Shown: positions 16,872 through 25,158 of the stretch, piece by piece
How positions within the stretch are numbered: the stretch's first letter is position 1
How the letters are laid out: each line of letters starts with the position of its first letter
Assembly: GCA_041650255.1 (NCBI GenBank)
Contig: JBAZLL010000001.1
Span: 100,531 to 164,530 of the forward strand
DNA length: 64,000 nucleotides
DNA from: Candidatus Micrarchaeia archaeon
Lineage (GTDB): Archaea; Micrarchaeota; Micrarchaeia; Anstonellales; Anstonellaceae
Direction of reading: 5' to 3'
The notes under the pieces: generated by a model
Databases searched by the model: none
What the model was told of the DNA's origin: nothing
Seen by the model: only the letters and a program-made list of their open reading frames with translations
Translations under genes and position numbers: made by a program

Positions 16872-17732
16872 ATGCAGCGCACACTTTCTTTATGGGAATA
16901 TTCAATTCTCTTGCAGGAAGGGCAGTCATTGCTCAAAAACAGGCTTTCAAAGGCATACGAAATTTCCCCGAAACTAATCCGTCTGGATTTTGGAAAGCTT
17001 TCCCTAATCATCTCTTTGGGAAAATATTTTTATATGAGTGAAAATCCGCCCGAAGCCCCGCAAATTCCATCTTCGTTTGCAATGTTTATCCGCAAACATC
17101 TTGGTGGGAAGTTCCTTGACTCTTTTGAGCAATATGGCAATGACCGAATTTATGTGCTGGGCTTTTCAAACGGGCAAAAGATTGTGATTGAGCAATATGC
17201 GCATGGAAATATGTTTTTGCTTGATGAGAAAGACATTATAGTCCGCCCCTATTCATTCAAGCCGACTGCTCTGAAAACCTACAATCCGGGCCAAAAATAT
17301 GAGTGGCCATCAAACCCTTCCAGCCCGGATAAAAAATTCTTTATCGGAAAACTTTATTCCGAGGCTATTTCTTCATATTCAAATTCCCAGCTTGAGAAAT
17401 TAATTTTGCATCCGGTTTTTCTTGTATATCCCGATGCCGTTTCCCTTATGCCCCTACCTTCAAAGGAAGGGGAGAAAAAATTTGATTCTTTCAGCTTGGC
17501 GATTGAACATTTTATTTTAAACAGGCCAGCTCCAGCACCAAAGAAAGCGCCGGAGCAGGTTAAATTGGACAAACGACTTGAAGAGCAAGAACGCGCACTC
17601 AAAAAAATAGACGAGCAAATTCCCGAGCTTGAGAAAATTTGCAAATGGCTTGAGAAAAATTTAGAAAATGTGGATGAGCAGATTATTCTTGCCAGAAAAA
17701 GCGGTGAGAAAAAATTGAAAATAAAGGCTTAA
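16872..17732 (+). CDS. NFACT/RqcH (Rqc2/NEMF) homologue, N-terminal half: NFACT-N (FbpA) domain plus first coiled-coil helix
   Basis: SSFAMFIRKHLGGKFLDSFEQYGNDRIYVLGF..YAHGNMFLLDEKDIIV, then LDKRLEEQERALKKIDEQIPELEKICKWLEKNLENVDEQ. The ATG at 16872 lies about 26 nt downstream of tatatata. Confidence 0.75.
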   Translation: MQRTLSLWEYSILLQEGQSLLKNRLSKAYEISPKLIRLDFGKLSLIISLGKYFYMSENPPEAPQIPSSFAMFIRKHLGGKFLDSFEQYGNDRIYVLGFSNGQKIVIEQYAHGNMFLLDEKDIIVRPYSFKPTALKTYNPGQKYEWPSNPSSPDKKFFIGKLYSEAISSYSNSQLEKLILHPVFLVYPDAVSLMPLPSKEGEKKFDSFSLAIEHFILNRPAPAPKKAPEQVKLDKRLEEQERALKKIDEQIPELEKICKWLEKNLENVDEQIILARKSGEKKLKIKA

Positions 17733-17944
17733 ACGCCTTTTACAATCTCGTCTGCCGCTAATTTTATATCTTCTGCGACAATTGTTTTTCTCCCTGCGTG
17801 TTGTGCATATCTTTTTGCTTGTTCGGAAATCTTGTAGCCCACGCGCTCAAGTATTTGTGAAAGTTCAACTGATGCGTTGTCTGCAACTCTTTCTGCACCC
17901 GAGCTTCTAATCAGCCTTTCTACAGGCGCTTTTGGCAAAATCAC
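17729..17944 (-). CDS. archaeal histone (HMf family)
   Basis: 71 aa. LPKAPVERLIRSSGAERV..AKRYAQHAGRKTIVAEDIKLA. Confidence 0.9.
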   Translation of the reverse strand: MILPKAPVERLIRSSGAERVADNASVELSQILERVGYKISEQAKRYAQHAGRKTIVAEDIKLAADEIVKGV

Positions 17945-18147
17945 GCTATCACCTGTTTGAAATAAGGATTCGGAGCTTTAATAGGCTTTCTTTTTGGAAA
18001 AAAAGGAAAAATAGCTCTTATATGCATTCACAATTCAAATACCAAAGTAATTGAAAAATACACTCTTTGAAGATTTTTCATCAAAAATAAAAAATTTGTG
18101 AAAATTGTTCCCCTTGCTTTTTTATATATACTTCCAGTTACATTCTC

Positions 18148-19956
18148 ATGGATAGAGAAAAATTTGAAACCCCTAGTCGACTTGATGAGCCTTTTGTTCT
18201 TATAAATACACACTCGGACGCGGTAGATTTACTATATATCAATGCTCCTGGCTTGATGGGCGTATTAAAGGAAAGCAATACTTTTGCGGACGCAAGAAAA
18301 AGTGCAAAAGAACACCTGTTGCACACGAAAATTCAGACAAAAAGTGCTTTATTTATCAAAAGGGCAACTGCTTGCAGAAGACGGCTTATTAGAATATTTT
18401 CAGAACGTAATGAAAAAATATGTGAGTTCTCAACTCTTTACGCTTTGTATCTCATCGCAAAAGACAAGTCAAATGCGCAAAAATATCCCATTTCTCTTCT
18501 AAACGAACTGGTACACTTGATGCATGGTCTCTCTTGTGCTTCAATACTTACCCCCCCAGAAAAAATCTATTCAAGCGAGCAAGAAGAGGTTAGTGTACGG
18601 ACAAATGTCCTCGATGAATATTCCCTTCAGATGCAAAACTACCTAAAGAAATATTCATGCGGTCTAGATAAGAAACTCATCATAAAACGCGAGAAAAACA
18701 AAGCGAAGATTTTATCTCATTTCGGGGCGCAAGAAAAGGACTGGGATGACTGGACATGGCATTTGCGAAATATAATAAAAGACAAGGACACATTGCAATC
18801 CCTCGTCACGCTGTGTGAGTCGGAAACTCAAGCCCTTGTTCTGGCAGAGGAGCTTAAGATACCTTTCAACATAACCCCTCATTATCTTAGTTTATTCAAC
18901 TTTGATGGAAAAAGCGAGGAGGACAGAGTTCCGCGTTCTCAGGTGCTACCCACATCGTATGGTTTGCAAGTAATTTCAAAAACCGGGAACATCTCGTCCG
19001 ATTTGGATTTCATGGGTGAGCGGCACACTAGCCCAATCGAGCTCATAACTCGCAGATACCCGCAAATTCTCATAGTCAAGCCGTTTGATGCCTGCCCTCA
19101 GATATGTCAATACTGTCAAAGGAACTGGCAACTAAAGACATATTCAGAGGCAGAACTTCCTATGAAAGAGAAAATGCGCGCGGCAATAGATTGGATAAGT
19201 TCTCATCCGAGCATCAGCGAAGTTCTGATAACTGGTGGAGATCCACTCACACTAAACAACCAAATAATTGACGACATTCTCTCCCAAATATCACAGATAG
19301 ATCATATCCGCAGAATGCGTATCGGAACGAGAACCCTCGTCACTATCCCTCAGCGAATAGATGCTGAATTCATTGAAATTGCAAAAAAATATCATGAATG
19401 GGGCAAGAGGGAGCTTTGTATAATGACTCATTTTGAGCATGCGAGTGAAATAACTCCCGAAGTTTTAAACGCTACAAAAAAAATAAAAAATGCAGGAATG
19501 AACATTTACAATCAACAGGTGTTCACATACTTCAATTCTCGGCGTTTTGAAACCTCTCACCTAAGGAAATGGACGAAATTAATAGGAATTGATCCATATT
19601 ATACTTTCAATACAAAAGGAAAGGAAGAAACAAAGCACTTTCGGGTTCCTATCGCACGGCTAAAGCAGGAAAGATGGGAAGAAGCTCGACTTCTGCCCGG
19701 AGTGGAAAGGACCGACGAGCCAGTTTTCAACATCCCAAAAATAGGGAAATCTCATCTTCGCGCTACTGGGAGTGGGCACGAGCTGGTTGGGTTCAATAAA
19801 GATGGTAATCGCATGTATAGATTTTTCCCATGGGAATATGTGAATGCGGGCGTGCAACCCTATATCTATACTGATGTATCTGTCTATGATTATTTGAAAC
19901 GGCTTGAAAACGAAAATGAGATTTTGCAAGACTACGCGACAATTTGGAATTACTGA
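18148..19956 (+). CDS. KamA-family (lysine 2,3-aminomutase-like) radical SAM protein with ~190-aa N-terminal extension
   Basis: WDDWTWHLRN, ITPHYLSLFN, RRYPQILIVKPFDACPQICQYCQRNW (CxxxCxxC), LITGGDPL, GTRTLVTIPQRI. Confidence 0.75.
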   Translation: MDREKFETPSRLDEPFVLINTHSDAVDLLYINAPGLMGVLKESNTFADARKSAKEHLLHTKIQTKSALFIKRATACRRRLIRIFSERNEKICEFSTLYALYLIAKDKSNAQKYPISLLNELVHLMHGLSCASILTPPEKIYSSEQEEVSVRTNVLDEYSLQMQNYLKKYSCGLDKKLIIKREKNKAKILSHFGAQEKDWDDWTWHLRNIIKDKDTLQSLVTLCESETQALVLAEELKIPFNITPHYLSLFNFDGKSEEDRVPRSQVLPTSYGLQVISKTGNISSDLDFMGERHTSPIELITRRYPQILIVKPFDACPQICQYCQRNWQLKTYSEAELPMKEKMRAAIDWISSHPSISEVLITGGDPLTLNNQIIDDILSQISQIDHIRRMRIGTRTLVTIPQRIDAEFIEIAKKYHEWGKRELCIMTHFEHASEITPEVLNATKKIKNAGMNIYNQQVFTYFNSRRFETSHLRKWTKLIGIDPYYTFNTKGKEETKHFRVPIARLKQERWEEARLLPGVERTDEPVFNIPKIGKSHLRATGSGHELVGFNKDGNRMYRFFPWEYVNAGVQPYIYTDVSVYDYLKRLENENEILQDYATIWNY

Positions 19957-20000
19957 CCCTGTTTTCCACGTACATACCCGTCGTTATTTCATAGTCCTGT

Positions 20001-21419
20001 TCAGCTATATCTCCACCTGATTCCATCTTTTGAATCTTCCAATACAATTCCGTTCTTTTTGAGCAAATCGCGAATCTCATCCGACTTTTTGAAATCCTTT
20101 TTCTTTCTTGCTTCTTCGCGCTCTTTTATGAGTGATTGGATTTCCTTCTCATTCATTTTGCCCTCTTTAATCGTCTTTTGCTCCTCGCCAGACTTTATGT
20201 CAATTCCAATCACTTCAAATTTTTCCCTTATTTTGCCTGCAAGCTTTTGCATTTCTTTCTTAGAGCATTTTCCATCAGCCCGAGCGCGGGCAATTTCCTT
20301 TGAAGCCAATACAAGCGCGGAAATTGCGCTGGGGGTATCCAAATCCTTGTCCATGTTGGATGCAAAATCATCCAAGTACGCATTAATCCGGTTTTCAAGT
20401 TCTCCTTCTTCTTTTCTGTTCTCGTTTTCGCCCTCTCCGTGCATTATGGACAGGTTTCGCTTCACATTTTCAAGCACATTTTTGGCAGATTCAATCGCAG
20501 TTTCGCTAAAGTCTATCGGAGATGAATAATGGGTGAGCGAGAAAAACAGTCTCAGTGTGTTTGCATCCCATTTTTTGAGCGCATCCTCAATCGTAATGAA
20601 GTTGCCCAATGATTTTGCCATCTTCTCTCCATTAACAGTCAAAAATCCCGTGTGCACCCACATATGTGAAAACGGAACATAGCCCGCGCCCTCGCTTTGG
20701 GCAATTTCGTTTTCATGGTGCGGGAAAATCAAATCGCGGGCTCCGCAATGCAAATCAAGCGGCTTTCCTTTTGTGCAGTGCATGGACATTGAAGAGCATT
20801 CAATATGCCAGCCCGGTCTTCCTCTCCCCCAGGGAGAGTCATAAGTTGCGCCGGCGGTTTCTTCAAATTTCCAAAGCGCGAAATCGGCGGGGTTTTTCTT
20901 TTTCTCATCCACTTCAATTCTTGCGCCCGCCTTTATTTTCTCCAGATTCTGACCGGACAGCTTTCCATATTTTGCAAACTTTGAAATTTCAAAATAAACT
21001 CCTGTATCTGTGATATATGCCGCTTTCTTGTCCAGCAACTTTTGTATCATTGCAAGGGTTTGTGGTATATGCTCCGATATTTTTGGCATAACGTTCGGCG
21101 CCAAAATGTTTAATTGCTCAAATTCTTTTCTTGATTTTTTGTCAAATTTATCGGAAAGCTCAAGGGGCATTACTTTTCTCTCCTGTGCCCTCTTGATTAT
21201 TTTGTCGTCTATGTCCGTGACATTTTGAATATGATTCACTTTGAGCCCGCATTCGTGCATCCATCTTTTCATAACGTCAAATGAGACAAATGTTCGCGCG
21301 TGTCCCAAATGGCAGTTGTCATAAGGAGTGACTCCGCACACATACATCTGCACTGTTTTGCCGCTGTGGGGAATAAGCTCCTCTACTTCGCCATTTAGTG
21401 TGTTTTTGAGCTTTAGCAT
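20001..21419 (-). CDS. cysS: cysteinyl-tRNA synthetase
   Basis: MLKLKNTLNG.., CGVTPYDNCHLGHART (HIGH), WHIECS, KMAKSLGN (KMSKS). The start at 21419 fits the CysRS N-terminus better than the ORF-track start at 21488. Confidence 0.95.
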   Translation of the reverse strand: MLKLKNTLNGEVEELIPHSGKTVQMYVCGVTPYDNCHLGHARTFVSFDVMKRWMHECGLKVNHIQNVTDIDDKIIKRAQERKVMPLELSDKFDKKSRKEFEQLNILAPNVMPKISEHIPQTLAMIQKLLDKKAAYITDTGVYFEISKFAKYGKLSGQNLEKIKAGARIEVDEKKKNPADFALWKFEETAGATYDSPWGRGRPGWHIECSSMSMHCTKGKPLDLHCGARDLIFPHHENEIAQSEGAGYVPFSHMWVHTGFLTVNGEKMAKSLGNFITIEDALKKWDANTLRLFFSLTHYSSPIDFSETAIESAKNVLENVKRNLSIMHGEGENENRKEEGELENRINAYLDDFASNMDKDLDTPSAISALVLASKEIARARADGKCSKKEMQKLAGKIREKFEVIGIDIKSGEEQKTIKEGKMNEKEIQSLIKEREEARKKKDFKKSDEIRDLLKKNGIVLEDSKDGIRWRYS

Positions 21420-21647
21420 ATTCTTTTTTTGTCGGAACTCCTTTTTAACGAATTGTTCCATCCGATTCCGAGTGCATATAAAAAACAAGAAAAATAAATC
21501 CGAAAAAAACCCGGGCTCGCGGGCGAGGTTGCGCGCCTGTTTTTGTTCCGGGCAATTTTTATTTTATTTCATTTTTTATCCGTTTAATGTTTTTTGTATT
21601 TTTCCATTAACAATCCATTTTTATTCTCCACTCAATCTATCTATTTC

Positions 21648-22166
21648 ATGGCTATAATAAAAAAAGGTCAAATAATTGCCGAGGAAAAAGAGGCAAACTC
21701 CCTATTGCAATCCGGCTTTGGAAGGCGCGCAGGTGAAGAAGTCCTGCTTTATCCTCTTGAGGCGGCTTATTTGCAAGAGCTAAGCCTTTTGCAAATAACA
21801 ATTTCTGGCAAGCAAGCCAAGCAAAAAGACATTCTTTCCCTTCTAAAACCCAAAAAATTAGAATCAAAACTGCCAAGTGCGCAAGAGCAATTTGAAATAT
21901 ATTCTGTTTTGCGCGGAGCTGGCAGATTGGTTCGTTTTTCCCCGCATTCTCCTCACTACTGGCGCGTGTATGCACGGGGAATCGGAAGAGAGCAGGAAAG
22001 GGCGCAAATACTAATCCGGCTCGTGTGTGCGGATTGGAAAACAAGCCTCTCCTCATTAGAGCTTGAGCTTTGCGTTGCAAGGCAGTTGAGAATGGAGCTT
22101 GTATTTGCGTTTATCCAAAAGGGCAATGTGCAATTTGTGAAGATGAGCAAATTCAGCCTTGATTAA
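21648..22166 (+). CDS. endA: tRNA-splicing endonuclease EndA-like subunit (catalytic residues not evident)
   Basis: 172 aa. GFGRRAGEEVLLYPLEAAYLQELSLLQI (N-terminal domain pattern), FEIYSVLRGAGRLVRF..YWRVYARG (C-terminal domain pattern). Confidence 0.6.
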   Translation: MAIIKKGQIIAEEKEANSLLQSGFGRRAGEEVLLYPLEAAYLQELSLLQITISGKQAKQKDILSLLKPKKLESKLPSAQEQFEIYSVLRGAGRLVRFSPHSPHYWRVYARGIGREQERAQILIRLVCADWKTSLSSLELELCVARQLRMELVFAFIQKGNVQFVKMSKFSLD

Positions 22167-22198
22167 ACTTTTCAACGAGCGCTAATTATCTTTTTTGT

Positions 22199-22648
22199 TT
22201 ATTCTTCAAACTGCCTATTTTTCAAATTCTCTTTTTTCCTCTTATATTCCTTCCAAAGTTCCATCGTTCTTTTCTGATTTACGGGCGCCGAAGGATGATG
22301 GTGGTCAAGCAATGCGCCCGAAAAAGTCTTTGGTATGTGCAAGAGCTCATGCATTAGTGTTTGCTCTTTTTTGTCTTGAGGCAATTTGTCAAAATGCTGT
22401 GAGAGCACCTCAATCACATAAAAAGTGGAAATCTCAAGCGCCACCTGCCAAATTTTTGGGAAAGACCAAATGCGCGCATAGGCTCTTGCAGTTGCGCCCG
22501 TGCTTCTCATGCAAATAATGCGGTGCTGATTCAGATGCGCGCGGGGTATCTGCTTTGCATCCGTGTGCATTTCAAATTCGGGCGAGTTGAGAGTTTCAAT
22601 TATATCCTCAACCATCATCTGTACATCCGGAGCTTTTTCCACTTCCAT
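22199..22648 (-). CDS. putative zinc metallopeptidase (HExxH)
   Basis: 149 aa. TLMHELLHIP; resembles the small archaeal predicted-metallopeptidase family. Confidence 0.5.
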   Translation of the reverse strand: MEVEKAPDVQMMVEDIIETLNSPEFEMHTDAKQIPRAHLNQHRIICMRSTGATARAYARIWSFPKIWQVALEISTFYVIEVLSQHFDKLPQDKKEQTLMHELLHIPKTFSGALLDHHHPSAPVNQKRTMELWKEYKRKKENLKNRQFEE

Positions 22649-22786
22649 AAACTTGGCTTCTCATCTCAGGTTTAAATATTGAATCAAGATTAGAAGAAAT
22701 TTAGAAATTTAAAAAGAAAACAAACTTAGAAATTAAAAAATTTAGAAGAAGAAAAATCACTTAAAAAATAAAAAATTAGAAGAAAA

Positions 22787-24520
22787 TTACTTCTTCTTTT
22801 TCTTAGCCGGTTTTATTTTCTTCACCGACGCTTTTTTCCCGGTCTTTTTCTGTGCTTTTGCGGGCTTTTTTGCCGCAAGCTTTAGCGGCTTTTTCTTTAT
22901 CGGTTTTATCACCGGAGCCGTTTTCTTAAGCACTTTTGGCTGTACCTGTGCAGGTTTTTTTATCTGTCCAGTCTCTTGCAAAAGTTTTCCAATGTCCTCT
23001 TTTATGAGGTTCTCTTTTTGCATTTTTCTTCCCTGCTCAACTATTCCGCTCAACTGATGCGCGGGCTTTTTGGCTTTGGGTTTTTCTTCCTCCTGAACAC
23101 TTTCTTCTTCCCGTTCAGGCTGTCCCTGTATGTTTGAGCGCAATTGCTCGCGAAGCTGTTCAAGCTCTGCAATAGTTTTCTTTATTGCATCATCGTCAAT
23201 GTGCTCTTCGTCCGAACTTTCCTGCTTTCCAAGCACTGTGTCGGGCTCTCCGCTTCCAATACCTTCAATGTCTGAAATTTCTTCATCTTCCTTATCATCC
23301 GATGATTTTTCTTCACCCGAGTCATCTTCATCTTCTTGCTCTTCATTTTTTTCTTTCTCATCGGCTTCATCAGATGCTTTTTTCTCCTCTTCTTGCATTT
23401 GTTCTTTTTCCCGCTCATCCGAAATCGGAGACATTCCTTTTCTTCTTGAAATCATGTCCTGTGTTGCATTAACAATTTGCGCGTCATCTTCAATCTCATC
23501 TTTTGTTGAAATAGTGTCTGCCCGCTTCCATTCGCCTTCTTCTTGCAATGACTTGTTGCCTTCGCCGCTAATGGACGGTCTTGTGGCCGGGGCCGGCGGA
23601 ATCGGCTCATCGTTCCCATCATCAATCGGGGTATTGAAATATTTGTAAATGGCATAAACAATTGCAATCACTACAAATACAACTAAGAGCATAGGCAATA
23701 TGGCAAATACCATTGCGAATATGTCCGGCTCTGTCTGTGTAGTTTGTGAAGGTTTTGTCTGAACCGGTTGAGTCGGAACAACTGCCGGCTCGTTCTGCCC
23801 CTGTTCAGCCAATTGCGCCACTACCTGCGTTGATTGCAGTTTTCCGGCGTCATAATCTGAAACTTCATATTGGTAAAAGCCTGTTTGCTGTGCAAGTACT
23901 CTTGCCTGTCCTTTTTCATCTGTGTTTACAACGCTCACTTTTGAATCTGGGGAAGTTACCGATATTGTCGCGCCCGAAATCGGTTTTCCCGCCTTATCAA
24001 AAACTTCAAGCAAAATTGTTTTTTGCACTTGTACAAGTTTTGGTCCGTTAAATACGGCTTTCTGCCTGTCGTACGAAATGCTTGGTGCTGGCAACACTTC
24101 AAATCCTGCCTTTGAAATAATTGCCGGTGCGCTAAAGGAAATTTCATACATTTGGTTTGGTTGCAATGTGCCAATATCCCATGAACTATATGTGCCGTCC
24201 TGCTTTGTTGGCATGGTGCTATAAGTTATTTTCGCATTTGGTGGAACGTAAGAAATATCTTCGGTTATGCTCATATTCGTTTTAGGTGTGTTCGCATTAT
24301 TTACAATTCTAATAATCACTTTACTCTGATAAATCGGAACCGCCGCACCCGTAGTTGAGCTAATCATTCCTGCCGGGGTTATCTGCAAATTTCTTGATAT
24401 ATCCAGGCTTCCACGACCATAAGACATGCTAATGTCTGTATTCGGGTCGGATACTACCTGTGAAAAAGCAACTCCCGAAAAAATTAGTGCAATACAAACC
24501 AAGTACAAAATCGCGCGCAC
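22787..24520 (-). CDS. single-pass membrane protein with an extracellular beta-sandwich region and a long acidic-then-basic cytoplasmic tail
   Basis: 577 aa. Signal MRAILYLVCIALIFSGVAFS, carboxypeptidase-regulatory-like FDKAGKPISGATISVTSPD..TDEKGQARV, TM IFAMVFAILPMLLVVFVVIAIVYAIY, an E/D-rich stretch, and a C-terminal KKPAKAQKKTGKKASVKKIKPAKKKKK. Confidence 0.6.
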   Translation of the reverse strand: MRAILYLVCIALIFSGVAFSQVVSDPNTDISMSYGRGSLDISRNLQITPAGMISSTTGAAVPIYQSKVIIRIVNNANTPKTNMSITEDISYVPPNAKITYSTMPTKQDGTYSSWDIGTLQPNQMYEISFSAPAIISKAGFEVLPAPSISYDRQKAVFNGPKLVQVQKTILLEVFDKAGKPISGATISVTSPDSKVSVVNTDEKGQARVLAQQTGFYQYEVSDYDAGKLQSTQVVAQLAEQGQNEPAVVPTQPVQTKPSQTTQTEPDIFAMVFAILPMLLVVFVVIAIVYAIYKYFNTPIDDGNDEPIPPAPATRPSISGEGNKSLQEEGEWKRADTISTKDEIEDDAQIVNATQDMISRRKGMSPISDEREKEQMQEEEKKASDEADEKEKNEEQEDEDDSGEEKSSDDKEDEEISDIEGIGSGEPDTVLGKQESSDEEHIDDDAIKKTIAELEQLREQLRSNIQGQPEREEESVQEEEKPKAKKPAHQLSGIVEQGRKMQKENLIKEDIGKLLQETGQIKKPAQVQPKVLKKTAPVIKPIKKKPLKLAAKKPAKAQKKTGKKASVKKIKPAKKKKK

Positions 24521-24604
24521 AAAAATCCCTCACCATCTTTAATTGTCCTATATTGTATAAGCATCCAAATGCTTTTATAATCTCTTCAAAATCGTGTAAT
24601 GCGC

Positions 24605-25108
24605 CTAGTCATAATTTTTTGTGTTCATCCTATTTTTGTGCACCTTTTTTGTGCGAAAAACCGGTTGTAGTGGCATGGGTCCGGGTCTTGCCCAATCAGG
24701 TCTGTTCACCTGTTTTGAAAAATTTTCCCATTCCGAATTAGCATGCATAACTTTGCCAGTTTCAATATCAACAAACAAGTATTTCTGATTTTTAATCATG
24801 AATTTTCTCAAAAGCAATGATCTTGCCTCTGCAAGGCGCAAGGTGTGCGCGCGTGAAGAAGTTATCAAAAAACAGGAATCCGAGCCGGACTGCACAAGTT
24901 TTTTGAGACTGTATTCAAATGCGTCCGGTCCGCCGAACTGCACTTCAATTCCCACTTGCGAGCCCTGTTTTTTCAGGCACAAAAAAAGCGGGGATTGTAC
25001 CGGAACATAACCAAAATTTTGACCTATTTTAGCATACTCACTCTCGAGGGTTCGCAAGATGTCCCTCTCTGGCTTTCTTACGCCAATAATATGTTCCTCA
25101 AATTCCAC
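24605..25108 (-). CDS. hypothetical protein (possible restriction-endonuclease-like fold)
   Basis: 167 aa. The GIEVQFGG motif is reminiscent of ExQ nucleases. Weak evidence. Confidence 0.35.
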   Translation of the reverse strand: MEFEEHIIGVRKPERDILRTLESEYAKIGQNFGYVPVQSPLFLCLKKQGSQVGIEVQFGGPDAFEYSLKKLVQSGSDSCFLITSSRAHTLRLAEARSLLLRKFMIKNQKYLFVDIETGKVMHANSEWENFSKQVNRPDWARPGPMPLQPVFRTKKVHKNRMNTKNYD

Positions 25109-25158
25109 GACTTGTTATGCACTGATATTGATTTAAGCCTGCGCGCGCTAATCTATTC

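Noticed and set aside
22690-22791. Five copies of TTAGAA(A/G) in the spacer between the 577-aa membrane protein gene and the metallopeptidase gene.
   Set aside because: The spacing is irregular (11, 25, 16 and 44 nt) in very AT-rich sequence. Most likely compositional rather than a designed repeat.
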